This document shows positions 44,784 through 54,086 of a stretch of 58,820 bases of DNA, in pieces (positions within the stretch are counted from its first letter, which is position 1; every line of letters starts with the position of its first letter). Location of the stretch: NCBI GenBank assembly GCA_000996085.1, contig LBYG01000002.1:1-58820 (forward strand), given 5' to 3'. The notes below the pieces were generated by a model. That model saw only the letters and a list, made by a program, of their open reading frames with translations. It was not told the origin of the DNA and searched no databases. The stretch is from Parcubacteria group bacterium GW2011_GWB1_40_14. GTDB lineage: Bacteria > Patescibacteriota > Minisyncoccia > Terrybacterales > GWB1-40-14. Position numbers and translations under genes: made by a program.

Positions 44784-46625
44784 ATGAATTCTAAAGAAAT
44801 ACGCGAAAAATTCCTGAAATTTTTTGAAGATAAAGGACATACTATAGTCCCTTCTTCTTCACTTGTGCCTGAGGATCCTTCGGTTCTTTTGACCACTGCC
44901 GGCATGCAACAATTTAAGTCTTATTACGGTGAATTGGATCCGGATAAAACCATTCATTCTAATCTCGGGAAACCTGTAGGGAAAAACGCTGTTTCAATAC
45001 AAAAGTCTTTTAGAACCTCCGATATTGATGAGGTTGGTGACGAAAGCCATCTTACTTTTTTTGAAATGATGGGCAATTTTAGCTTTGGAGGATATTTTAA
45101 GGAAAAAGCAATTGAATTAGCCCACGAATTCCTTACTAAAGAGCTTGGATTGAAAATTTCTTATGTAACTGTCTTTGAGGGCAATAATTCTATTGGCGTT
45201 CCCGAAGATAAAGATTCTGCGGCAATATGGCAAAAGATCGATCCATCCATAAGGATTGAAAAACAAGGAATGGAAGATGTTTTTTGGGGACCGACAGGAA
45301 ATTCAGGACCATGTGGTCCGACCACTGAGGTTTATTTTGAAAATGCACAAGGGCAGGACGTAGAAACTTGGAATCTTGTTTTCAATGAATATTTTTATCC
45401 CGGTTCACGCGAAGAACTTTTAAGCGGAGTTTCAGAAAAAAAACTGGAGAAATTAAAAACGCCGGGAGTTGATACTGGAATGGGCCTTGAGCGAATTATG
45501 ATGGCGGTTCAAAATACAAAAAATATTTTTGAAACGGATTTGTTTACAGTTCCTTTTCCAAATTTAATCGAAGGAGTCGATGTAAAAAGTTATAGAATAA
45601 TCGCGGATCATTTACGAGGAAGCGTATTCTTAATTGCTGATGGAGTGAAGGTATCTAATAAGGGAGCGGGATACATACTTCGAAGGTTAATCCGTAGAAC
45701 AATAGTACAAGCAAAAACTGTTTCTTTGCCAGCAGAAGCTTTAGAGGTGCTTTTCAATAATGCTATAGATTTTTATGGAGGTTTTTATAAGGGACTTTTA
45801 GATCAAAAAAATAATATTCTTAGTATTTTTTTGGAAGAACAAAAGAGATTTAATAAAACACTTGATGTAGGATTAAAAGAATTTTTAAAAAAATATCCAG
45901 AACTCGAAGCTCAATTTATTGAACCAGGAAAACCGTTAAAAGTTCATCAAGCTAATAAAATATCAGGTGAGGATGCCTTTTATTTCCATCAAACTTATGG
46001 ATTTACATTAGATACAATAAGAGATTTAGCTAGGCGAGGTCTACACGAGATAGATATAGATGAAAAAGCTTTTGAAGAGGCATTTAAAAAACATCAAGAA
46101 ATTTCTAGAGCGGGCATAGAAAGAAAATTCGGCGGACACGGATTGCTTTTAGATACCGGAGAATTAAAGGCCGCCGATGAAGAAGAGCTTAAAAAGGTTA
46201 CCCGTCTTCACACCGCAACGCATATGTTACAGGCCGCTTTAAGACAGGTTTTGGGGCCAGAAGTGCATCAAATGGGTTCTGATATTACAGCAGAACGTCT
46301 GCGTTTTGACTTTACTTTTCCGCGGAAAGTAACACCCGAGGAAATAAGTTCAGTAGAGGATTTGATAAATCAAAAAATAAAAGAGGATTTAACTGTGAAT
46401 ATTATTGAGGTGCCAATTGAGGAAGCAAAAGCTTCGGGGGCTCTTACGGTTGAGCGTGCAAAATATGCGCCCATGGTTAAAGTGTATTCTATTGAAAATT
46501 TTTCAAAAGAAGTATGCGGAGGACCGCATGTTGCTCATACCGGCGAGGTGGTAAACTTCAAAATTACAAAAGAAGAGGCATCTTCTGCTGGAGTTAGACG
46601 CATACGCGCACAAGTGGCTGATTAA
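44784..46625 (+). CDS. alaS: Alanine--tRNA ligase, short form (aminoacylation and editing domains, no C-Ala)
   Basis: TTAGMQQFK, HLTFFEMMGNFSFG, VDTGMGLER, HTATH, CGGPH, AGVRRI at the C-terminus. Confidence 0.95.
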   Translation: MNSKEIREKFLKFFEDKGHTIVPSSSLVPEDPSVLLTTAGMQQFKSYYGELDPDKTIHSNLGKPVGKNAVSIQKSFRTSDIDEVGDESHLTFFEMMGNFSFGGYFKEKAIELAHEFLTKELGLKISYVTVFEGNNSIGVPEDKDSAAIWQKIDPSIRIEKQGMEDVFWGPTGNSGPCGPTTEVYFENAQGQDVETWNLVFNEYFYPGSREELLSGVSEKKLEKLKTPGVDTGMGLERIMMAVQNTKNIFETDLFTVPFPNLIEGVDVKSYRIIADHLRGSVFLIADGVKVSNKGAGYILRRLIRRTIVQAKTVSLPAEALEVLFNNAIDFYGGFYKGLLDQKNNILSIFLEEQKRFNKTLDVGLKEFLKKYPELEAQFIEPGKPLKVHQANKISGEDAFYFHQTYGFTLDTIRDLARRGLHEIDIDEKAFEEAFKKHQEISRAGIERKFGGHGLLLDTGELKAADEEELKKVTRLHTATHMLQAALRQVLGPEVHQMGSDITAERLRFDFTFPRKVTPEEISSVEDLINQKIKEDLTVNIIEVPIEEAKASGALTVERAKYAPMVKVYSIENFSKEVCGGPHVAHTGEVVNFKITKEEASSAGVRRIRAQVAD

Positions 46626-46708
46626 AAGGTTTAAATCGATGAAAAAAATTAATCCACAGATGTAAATGAATTGAAAGAGATGAATAAAAATCATATAATA
46701 GAGTGGTA

Positions 46709-47929
46709 ATGCGGTTTTCCAACTTTTTAGATTCTTCACCTAAATATACGCGATTGCTTATAGCTCCCGATGGTTTAAAATCCAATGTTTTTGGCCTAGA
46801 CACAGAACAAAAATTGCATCGTTCAACAATTACTCTTGATGTTGCGCAGAACAATGCAGATAATTATGCCTTTGCTCCTTGGTTAAACCAAGAAGAGCAA
46901 ATTTTTTATAAAATCAAGGAACAATTCGGAAAGATATCTGATTCATGGCTGACTGTAGCCTTTCCTGCCGGCGTTTGCCGTTTTATTCCGATGACTTTTC
47001 ATTTAAATCGTTCACGTCCTTCGGATAAAATTGATGAACGCGAGATTCAAAATGAAGTTTATCAGATACTACAAAACGCAAGAGAAAACTTACGGAAAGA
47101 ATTATTGCGAGAGGGGGGCGGCAGTTTTGTTTTGGTGGATGCCATAATGGCTGATTTTAAAATTGATGGTTATTCGGTTTATAATCCTGTGGGTTTGAAG
47201 GGCGCGACTATCGAGGCGAAACTTTTAGCTGTTTTTTCTTTTGCTGAAGCCGTTAATTTTGCTCAAAAACTTGCAAAGAAATTAGAAGTTAATTATTTGC
47301 ACCAAACTGCTTTTGCGGCCCTGGTTGCACCGACCATCTCTCCAATGTTGCGTACCGATCGTGTTGGCTGCGGAATATTTTTGCGCAATGACGCTACAGA
47401 TATTTTACTTTTTAATTCCGGCGCGCTCAGTTCCGTATTTACAATTTCTGTTGGAAGAGATATTTTTACTCATTTACTTGCAGAAGCTTTTGTTCTGCCC
47501 GCGCAAGAAGCTGAGCGAGTTTTGGTTGCGGATGCCCAGGGAGTTTTAAGCCGAAGCATGAACACAAGAATAAGAAAAATACTCACTCCCGCTATGCGCC
47601 ATTGGTTGAGCGCACTCGAACTTATTTTTAACGAAAGGATCTATAAAAATAATTTAATGCCATCAAGAATGGTTCTTTCAGGCAGCGTTCCTTATCCAAA
47701 AGATATAATGGTTAATTTTGGATTGTATTCCCAAGAAATTAAAAATTCGCGTGCTGTAATTCAACCCGATAATCTATTTTCTTCAATTGCGACGAAAGAA
47801 TTAGCCGAATATAATTTATCTAATCTTATTTATCCCTGGATAGTAAATAAGGTTAAACCTCAAAAAGCTATTATCGGTCCGGCACTAACATTAAAGGTCT
47901 TTCCCGTAGCGCATCCCTTAAAAAGTTGA
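46709..47929 (+). CDS. Divergent FtsA/actin-fold-like protein
   Basis: FKIDGY.V.NP.GL.G segment and VGRDIFT...AEAF...EAERV resemble FtsA, but the ATP motifs are degenerate. Confidence 0.5.
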   Translation: MRFSNFLDSSPKYTRLLIAPDGLKSNVFGLDTEQKLHRSTITLDVAQNNADNYAFAPWLNQEEQIFYKIKEQFGKISDSWLTVAFPAGVCRFIPMTFHLNRSRPSDKIDEREIQNEVYQILQNARENLRKELLREGGGSFVLVDAIMADFKIDGYSVYNPVGLKGATIEAKLLAVFSFAEAVNFAQKLAKKLEVNYLHQTAFAALVAPTISPMLRTDRVGCGIFLRNDATDILLFNSGALSSVFTISVGRDIFTHLLAEAFVLPAQEAERVLVADAQGVLSRSMNTRIRKILTPAMRHWLSALELIFNERIYKNNLMPSRMVLSGSVPYPKDIMVNFGLYSQEIKNSRAVIQPDNLFSSIATKELAEYNLSNLIYPWIVNKVKPQKAIIGPALTLKVFPVAHPLKS

Positions 47930-47931
47930 TT

Positions 47932-49611
47932 ATGATAACTATATCAATTTCTCAAGACGAAGAATTATTGTCTGTTATAGATAAAATAGTGACCTCTACC
48001 CAGCCGGAAATTCGGCTGGTTGTTCCAAACGGAGCTCGGATTTTAGAAAGCGTTGAAAACTTCTCTTTAATTAAGCGTGAAGCTGAAGCCGCGGGTAAGA
48101 CGGTTTCTGTGGCTACCGGGGATCCGCGAGCCCGTTCTTTTGCTCAAGCTGCCGGTTTGGCGGTTTTCGCCGTATCTTTGCAGTCATATGAAGAGAATGA
48201 ATTGAATTATTTCCGGCCTCGTATGTCTGATATATTGCCACCTTCGGCTTTTATAAAACACTCTCAACCGCCAGATCAGGAAGTCGCCCCAACAATGCAT
48301 TTTATAAAAGAACCCAAGGTTCAGCGTGCGCCCGCAAAACTGGAAGAAATTAAGGAAGAACATGAAATTTTGGATAGAAAAGAATTTTTTCCAAAAACTG
48401 AAGTTACTCAAATTAAGAATGATGAAGAAGAAAAAATCCCTGTTGCCGCAAAAATTTCTTTTCGCGCCGTAGTTCATAAGCTGGAATCATGGCCCATTTT
48501 ACTTGTCATAGGCGGAGCTTTGGCTGCGGTGGTTGTGGCTTATGCTTTGTTTTTTTCGCCCAGAGCAGAACTTTCAATAGTTCCACGTAGCGATGACTTT
48601 TCATCTAATTTTACTTTTAATGTTGCTGTTAATCCCGGAGCCGAAGATATCGCAGGACAATCCGTAGAAATTGAAAAAGAAGGAGTGGGAGAAGTTTCAG
48701 CTTCCGGCTCTGCCGTTGTTGAAGATAAAGCTACCGGAACAGTTAAAATTTTTAACGCATATAGTTCAGCCCCTCAAACACTTGTTGATACAACCAGATT
48801 AGTATCTCAAGACGGAAAACTTTTTAGAACTTCTGCAACCGTTGTTATTCCGGGAGCAACTATTGAGGACGGCGAAATAATTCCTTCGTCAATTGATGTT
48901 CCCGTTATAGCCGGTGAACCCGGTTCGGAATACAACATAGGCCCGGCAACTTTTTCTATTCCCGGCTTTCAAGGTACGCCCAAATATACCAAGTTTTATG
49001 GACGTTCAAGTGTCGCAATGTCCGGTGGAGCCAAGGGAACCGTAAAAGTTATTACTGCTGAAGATGTAAAGAAAGCTGAAGAGGCGGCAACAAAGGATGT
49101 GTTGGCGCAAGCTGAAAAGGAATTTGCAGAAAAAATTCCTGACGGTTTTCTTCTTTTGGATGACGCTAAATTTATGAATCAGGAAACACTTTCGAATCAA
49201 GAAACAGATGACAAGGCCGATTCAGTGAAGGCTGTTTCAAAAGTTAAGATAAGAGCTCTACTTTTCCGGGAAGAAGATATACACGTTAAAATAAATGCAA
49301 TGTTGAGCGAACAATTTTCTGCACAGGTTGAGCCGGTTGCCGATAGCGTTAAAATAGATTATACGGTGCCCAGCCTTGATTTAGATAAAGGCACAATGAA
49401 ACTTGCTGTTAATGTTAATGAAAAGGTGGCCTGGAAGGTGGATGTTGAGGATATAAAACAGCAAATTGCCGGGAAGTCTGAAGAGGAGATTAAAAAAATA
49501 ATCGGATCAAGAAGCGATATTGCTTCAGGAGTAGTGACTTTCAGGCCAGGCTGGGCAGATACAGCGCCTGAAGATATTTCACGCATTACTATCAAGTTAC
49601 TGTCAAATTAA
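47932..49611 (+). CDS. Membrane protein with a baseplate-J-like extracellular region
   Basis: Single TM; KATGTVKIFN...QTLVDTTRL...A.EPGSEYNIGP...MSGG. Confidence 0.6.
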   Translation: MITISISQDEELLSVIDKIVTSTQPEIRLVVPNGARILESVENFSLIKREAEAAGKTVSVATGDPRARSFAQAAGLAVFAVSLQSYEENELNYFRPRMSDILPPSAFIKHSQPPDQEVAPTMHFIKEPKVQRAPAKLEEIKEEHEILDRKEFFPKTEVTQIKNDEEEKIPVAAKISFRAVVHKLESWPILLVIGGALAAVVVAYALFFSPRAELSIVPRSDDFSSNFTFNVAVNPGAEDIAGQSVEIEKEGVGEVSASGSAVVEDKATGTVKIFNAYSSAPQTLVDTTRLVSQDGKLFRTSATVVIPGATIEDGEIIPSSIDVPVIAGEPGSEYNIGPATFSIPGFQGTPKYTKFYGRSSVAMSGGAKGTVKVITAEDVKKAEEAATKDVLAQAEKEFAEKIPDGFLLLDDAKFMNQETLSNQETDDKADSVKAVSKVKIRALLFREEDIHVKINAMLSEQFSAQVEPVADSVKIDYTVPSLDLDKGTMKLAVNVNEKVAWKVDVEDIKQQIAGKSEEEIKKIIGSRSDIASGVVTFRPGWADTAPEDISRITIKLLSN

Positions 49612-49626
49612 CGGCTGACGGGTTGA

Positions 49627-49749
49627 CCCTGTTAGAAGTTTGCGGGAGTTTAGTAAAGGACGATATAGTTAAAGTAATAATCATCTATTAAAATAGAGAA
49701 AAAGACGTAGTCTTTTTCTAATTGATTTACTCGCAAAGTTCTAACGGGG
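49627..49749. mobile_element. MITE-like TIR element, family A copy 4
   Basis: TTGA|CCCTGTTAGAAGTTTGCGGG...CTCGCAAAGTTCTAACGGGG|TTGA; the right flank is the TTGACA -35 box upstream of infA. Confidence 0.7.
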
Positions 49750-49851
49750 TTGACAGTAAAGGCCTAAATATGATAATCTCGGTTTTGTTGCCTCTTTGGC
49801 AGCAAAACCATTTTATTTATTTGCATAACAGTTTAGACATTCAATTTATAT

Positions 49852-50064
49852 ATGGGAGTTAAAGGTTTACGTAAGTCCGGAATGGTGGCAGAAGCATTAC
49901 CTGCGACACTTTTTAAAGTTTTACTGGATGATGGAACACATATTTTGGCGCATCTTTCCGGTAAAATGCGCGTAAATTTTATAAGAATTATGCCAGGCGA
50001 CCGGGTTGTAGTAGAAATGCCCGACGAGAATTCTGCTCGTGGTCGTATTGTTTACCGCGAATAA
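49852..50064 (+). CDS. infA: Translation initiation factor IF-1
   Basis: EALP.TLFKV.LDDG..ILAHLSGKMR.NFIRIMPGDRV. Confidence 0.95.
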   Translation: MGVKGLRKSGMVAEALPATLFKVLLDDGTHILAHLSGKMRVNFIRIMPGDRVVVEMPDENSARGRIVYRE

Positions 50065-50071
50065 ATCTATG

Positions 50072-50199
50072 CCAGGTAGTGAAAATTCGACCGTTTCGCG
50101 TAGCGAAACAAAATTATCTGGTAATTTGTTAAAGTTAGTATTATATTTTTATCAAAAAGTTCGATGATTAAGTTTTAAAGTCGAATTTCTACTACCTGG
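50072..50199 (+). mobile_element. Start-codon-inserted TIR element, family B copy 3
   Basis: TATG|CCAGGTAGTGAAAATTCGAC...GTCGAATTTCTACTACCTGG|TATG. Confidence 0.85.
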
Positions 50200-50200
50200 T

Positions 50201-50314
50201 ATGAAAGTAAGAGCATCAGTTAAAAAAATGTGTCGAGATTGCAAAATCGTCCGAAGAAGGGGACGAGTTGCTGTTATTTGCAAGAATCCTAAACATAAAC
50301 AACGACAAGGATAA
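50201..50314 (+). CDS. rpmJ: 50S ribosomal protein L36 (absent from the ORF track)
   Basis: Own translation: [37 protein letters not shown]. Confidence 0.97.
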   Translation: MKVRASVKKMCRDCKIVRRRGRVAVICKNPKHKQRQG

Positions 50315-50330
50315 ACGACCTTATAGCCTA

Positions 50331-50428
50331 AGCTAAAAAGTAAAAACGAAAAATTAAAAAGTAATGTTAGTCGCCTTCGACGACTCATCAAAATTTTACA
50401 CTTTTCATTTTAAATTTTAAATTTGAAA
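50331..50428. repeat. Heptamer-periodic fold-back element between rpmJ and rpsM
   Basis: CTAAAAA-GTAAAAA-CGAAAAA-TTAAAAA ... AGTCG-CCTTCGA-CGACT ... T-rich 7-mers (TTTTACA, TTTTAAA, TTTGAAA). Confidence 0.6.
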
Positions 50429-50429
50429 C

Positions 50430-50816
50430 ATGCCTCGTATCGCCGGAATAAATATTCCAGAAAATAAGAATATAGGGATCTCTCTTTGTTCTATATACGG
50501 TATCGGAAGAAACCGAGCTTTAAGTATTTTAAAAGCTACTCAGGTTAATCCCCAAAAACACGCCGGAGATCTATCTGCCGATGAGGTAGGCCGCATACGT
50601 GATTATATAGAAAAGAATTTCAGGGTTGAGGGGGAGTTAAGACAGGAAAGACTTACAAATATAAAATTACTCAGAGATATAGGCGCATACCGCGGCATTC
50701 GTCATGCTAAGCGTTTACCTGTCAGGGGACAGAGGACAAAAACTAATTCACGTACCATAAGAGGTAATGTTCGAAAAACCGTAGGAAGCGGAAGAAGAAA
50801 ATTAGAAAAGACATAA
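50430..50816 (+). CDS. rpsM: 30S ribosomal protein S13
   Basis: MPRIAGINIP, IYGIG, YRGIRH, LPVRGQRTKTNSRT. Confidence 0.97.
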   Translation: MPRIAGINIPENKNIGISLCSIYGIGRNRALSILKATQVNPQKHAGDLSADEVGRIRDYIEKNFRVEGELRQERLTNIKLLRDIGAYRGIRHAKRLPVRGQRTKTNSRTIRGNVRKTVGSGRRKLEKT

Positions 50817-50842
50817 AATATAGAGATTTCTTTATTTAGATT

Positions 50843-51301
50843 ATGGGTAAGAAACATATAATATTAAAAACATCGGATGAACTGATTCGCGAACGCGAAG
50901 CGGTTGAGGCGCAAGTACAGAAAGCAGGAACAATTACTAAATCCGCAGCAAGAAAGACATCTAATGCGCAGGTGCATATTCTAGCTTCCTATAATAACGT
51001 TATTATTTCTCTTTCAGATGAGAACGGAAATGTTTTAGCGTGGTCTTCTTCCGGAACTCTAGGATTTCGCGGATCAAAAAAGGCTACGCCTTTTGCTGCC
51101 TCAAGAGTTGCCGAAGCAGTAGCTGAGAAGGGCAAAACTATGGGCGTTATAGGCGTCTCGGTTTTTGTAAAAGGTATCGGAAGCGGTAGAGAGTCGGCTA
51201 TAAGATCTTTGGCTTCGCATGGCTTGGATATACTATCTATCCATGACGTAACGCCTATACCTCATAATGGCCCTCGACCAAGAAAACCCAGAAGAGTATA
51301 A
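50843..51301 (+). CDS. rpsK: 30S ribosomal protein S11
   Basis: ASYNN, GFRGSKKATPFAA, DVTPIPHNG. Confidence 0.97.
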   Translation: MGKKHIILKTSDELIREREAVEAQVQKAGTITKSAARKTSNAQVHILASYNNVIISLSDENGNVLAWSSSGTLGFRGSKKATPFAASRVAEAVAEKGKTMGVIGVSVFVKGIGSGRESAIRSLASHGLDILSIHDVTPIPHNGPRPRKPRRV

Positions 51302-51319
51302 TTTTAAGACCATTTAAGT

Positions 51320-51952
51320 ATGCCAGGACCAAAATGTAAAATTTGCAGACGAGCAGGACAAAAACTCTTCCTAAAAGCAGAGAGATGTTCCGGTGCAAAA
51401 TGTGGAGCTGTTAGACGTCCGTATCCTCCCGGTGTGCATGGGCAGAAATCACGTCGTTCAAATTCGGAATTCGGCAAACAGCTTGCGGAAAAATATAAAC
51501 TTGAAGCCGTTTATCAGATAGATGAGAAAGACTTGAAACATATTGTTGCGGTTGACCCGGTTAATTTAGCCAAGAAAAAAATGGAAATAACTGATGTGAT
51601 AGTAAATAGTTTAGAGTCGCGTCTTGATAATGTTGTTTTCAGATTAGGTATGGCCCCATCTAGAATTGTTGCGCGCCAGTATGTTTCTCATGGTCATATT
51701 TATGTAAATAACCGACGTGTTGATATTCCGTCCTCTAAAGTTAGATCCGGAGATGTGGTTTCCATAAGGCCGTCGAGCATGAAGCGCGGTCCATTCCAAA
51801 ATCTGTCTGCGCGGCTGGACAAACATACGCCGCCCGCATGGTTGGAAGTAGATAAACAAAGCTTAAAAGGAAAAGTCATCGGCATTCCAAGCAAGGAAAA
51901 TTTTGACGCCCCCGTAGATTTAAGTATGATAGTCGCATTTTATTCACGTTAA
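51320..51952 (+). CDS. rpsD: 30S ribosomal protein S4
   Basis: GPKCKICRR.G.KLFLK, LESRLDNVVFRLG, ARQYVSHGH. Confidence 0.97.
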   Translation: MPGPKCKICRRAGQKLFLKAERCSGAKCGAVRRPYPPGVHGQKSRRSNSEFGKQLAEKYKLEAVYQIDEKDLKHIVAVDPVNLAKKKMEITDVIVNSLESRLDNVVFRLGMAPSRIVARQYVSHGHIYVNNRRVDIPSSKVRSGDVVSIRPSSMKRGPFQNLSARLDKHTPPAWLEVDKQSLKGKVIGIPSKENFDAPVDLSMIVAFYSR

Positions 51953-52029
51953 TTAAAAAGTGTTTAGTTTTGGGTGTTTAGTAATGTAACCAATTTACCT
52001 CTAAACACAGAATTCTAAATGCTAAAAAT

Positions 52030-52785
52030 ATGATATCTCTACCAACAAAACCAGTAATAATAAGTGAAGAGGGCAACAGCGCCATTTTTGAAATTACACA
52101 ACTTTATCCGGGATACGGCGTTACTTTAGGAAATGTTTTACGCCGCATATTATTGTCATCACTGCCGGGTGCAGCTGTTACAGAAGTAAAAATAAGGAAC
52201 GTCGAACATGAATTTACTACAATTCCGGGCGTAAAAGAAAATATTGTAGATATTTTACTTAATGTGAAAAAACTGAGATTTCGTGTACAGGGAGATGAAC
52301 CGCAAATCGTTAAAATTCAAGCAAAAGGAGAAGGAGCGGTTGCGGGAAAAGATATTGATTCGCCTAGTCAGATTACGGTTGTATCCAAAGATCAGCATAT
52401 CGCAACATTAACCGACAAAAAAGCAGAATTTTATATGGAATTAATTGTTGAAAACGGTATAGGTTATTTACCTGTTGAAATGAGAAAAAAAGAGAAACTT
52501 TCTGTTGGCACTATTGCAATTGATTCTATTTTTACTCCTGTGCGTAATGTTAATTTCTCGGTAGAAAATATGCGCGTAGGTGAGAGAACAGATTTTAATC
52601 GTTTGCGTTTAGAAATACAAACAGACGGAACCATTTCACCTCAAGATGCTGTAACGGAAGCAGCAACCATTTTAACGGAACAGGCAGCCACTATTGCCGG
52701 CTTGCAATTGCCTCCTAAGGAAGATGCAGCTGAAAACCTCAAAGTGACTTCGGTAAAAGAGAAAAAAGTTAAAAATAAAAAATAA
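52030..52785 (+). CDS. rpoA: RNA polymerase alpha subunit lacking the C-terminal domain
   Basis: GYGVTLGNVLRRILLSSLPG, HEFTTIPGVKE, IDSIFTPV; only 251 aa. Confidence 0.95.
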   Translation: MISLPTKPVIISEEGNSAIFEITQLYPGYGVTLGNVLRRILLSSLPGAAVTEVKIRNVEHEFTTIPGVKENIVDILLNVKKLRFRVQGDEPQIVKIQAKGEGAVAGKDIDSPSQITVVSKDQHIATLTDKKAEFYMELIVENGIGYLPVEMRKKEKLSVGTIAIDSIFTPVRNVNFSVENMRVGERTDFNRLRLEIQTDGTISPQDAVTEAATILTEQAATIAGLQLPPKEDAAENLKVTSVKEKKVKNKK

Positions 52786-52786
52786 T

Positions 52787-53134
52787 ATGCGTAAACGAAA
52801 AAGCGGAAGAAAATTTGGTCGGGAGAAAGATCAAAGGAACGCTCTCATGACACATTTGGCCGGCGCTTTGATCGCTAACGGTAAGATAAGAACGACCGAA
52901 GCTAAAGCTCGGGAATTGCGCCCCTATGTTGAGCGTTTAATTACTAAAGCAAGAAAAGGAAATTTGGCTACGCGTCGTGATCTTGGAAGATCTTTAACTC
53001 CCAGACAGGTTAAGGTTTTAGTGGATGATATTGCCCCAAAATTTACATCACGTCCGGGAGGTTATACACGTATAATTAAATTACCTTCACGCAAGAGTGA
53101 TGGAGCCAAACAAGCCATAATTGAACTTTTATGA
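52787..53134 (+). CDS. rplQ: 50S ribosomal protein L17
   Basis: GRKFGR, IRTTEAKA, RPGGYTRIIK. Confidence 0.97.
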   Translation: MRKRKSGRKFGREKDQRNALMTHLAGALIANGKIRTTEAKARELRPYVERLITKARKGNLATRRDLGRSLTPRQVKVLVDDIAPKFTSRPGGYTRIIKLPSRKSDGAKQAIIELL

Positions 53135-53499
53135 TTAAGCAAAGAAAATCTGTTAAAATTGATGCAAGCGGAAGAGCTTTAGGACGGGTAGCTGTTGAGG
53201 CGGCAATGTTTTTGCGCGGAAAAGATGTCGCGGACTTTGCTCCACATTTAGATAACGGTGCTACGGTCGAAATAATAAATGCCGAAAAAATAGAATTTTC
53301 CAAAGAAAAACGCAGAGAAAAAAGTTACTGGCGCCATTCAGGTCATCTTGGCGGTATAAAATTTACTTCTGCAGAATATTTATGGGAAAAAGATCCCACA
53401 GATGTTTTAAGACGAGCTATTTATGGCATGTTGCCGGGTAATCGTTTGCGGGCAAATATGATGCGCCGATTAAAAATATATACAGGAGAGAATAAATAA
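53131..53499 (+). CDS. rplM: 50S ribosomal protein L13
   Basis: IDASGRALGRVA, LRGK, HSGHLGG, GMLP. Confidence 0.95.
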   Translation: MIKQRKSVKIDASGRALGRVAVEAAMFLRGKDVADFAPHLDNGATVEIINAEKIEFSKEKRREKSYWRHSGHLGGIKFTSAEYLWEKDPTDVLRRAIYGMLPGNRLRANMMRRLKIYTGENK

Positions 53500-53504
53500 T
53501 AACT

Positions 53505-54029
53505 ATGGTTAAAAAAACCGTTACAACCAAAACCGTAAAACGAGCTAAGCCAACTTCAGTTAAAGCGAAAAAGGCTAAGTTAAAAAGCGAGACAGAAGAG
53601 ATTCTGCCCGTAGAAGTAAGTAAAGAAACAGAAGAAAATAAGGTTTTAGGCGAAGATAAAGCAAAGGAAAGATATTTTGCTGCTGTTGGAAGGAGAAAGA
53701 CAGCTATAGCTCGGGTTCGTTTATATACAAAAGGGGATAAAAATATAACAATAAATGACAAGGCTATAGGCGATTATTTTAACAGAAATATGGAGTTTTC
53801 TACTTTGGCCTCTGCCGCTTTAAATCGCATGAAAGTTATGGATAAATTCAGAGCAGTTATCAGGGTTTCCGGTGGGGGACTTCATTCACAGGCTGAAGCT
53901 GTAAGACATGCTACAGCTCGCGCTTTAGTAGAATTTAATCCTGATTTTCGCAAGCGTCTCAAGCGCGCTGGATTTTTGACACGCGATTCCCGTATGGTTG
54001 AGCGCAAAAAATATGGAATTTTATTTTAG
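53505..54029 (+). CDS. rpsI: 30S ribosomal protein S9 with the C-terminal tail missing
   Basis: GRRKTAIARVRL, GGG..SQAEAVRH, LTRDSRMVERKKYG then ILF*. Confidence 0.92.
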   Translation: MVKKTVTTKTVKRAKPTSVKAKKAKLKSETEEILPVEVSKETEENKVLGEDKAKERYFAAVGRRKTAIARVRLYTKGDKNITINDKAIGDYFNRNMEFSTLASAALNRMKVMDKFRAVIRVSGGGLHSQAEAVRHATARALVEFNPDFRKRLKRAGFLTRDSRMVERKKYGILF

Positions 54030-54041
54030 GGATATAAAGCC

Positions 54042-54072
54042 AAAGAACCCCGACGTAACGTCGGGGTTCTTT
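54042..54072. terminator. Bidirectional intrinsic terminator
   Basis: AAAGAACCCCGACG-TAA-CGTCGGGGTTCTTT. Confidence 0.8.
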
Positions 54073-54086
54073 TTATTTTTTAAACT

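Noticed and set aside
44784..46625. Short AlaRS and short L13/HrcA as pseudogenes
   Set aside because: Catalytic or core motifs are intact with clean stops, consistent with streamlined proteins
47932..49611. Prophage suggested by the baseplate-J-like gene
   Set aside because: No other phage genes; the protein has a TM anchor and housekeeping neighbours
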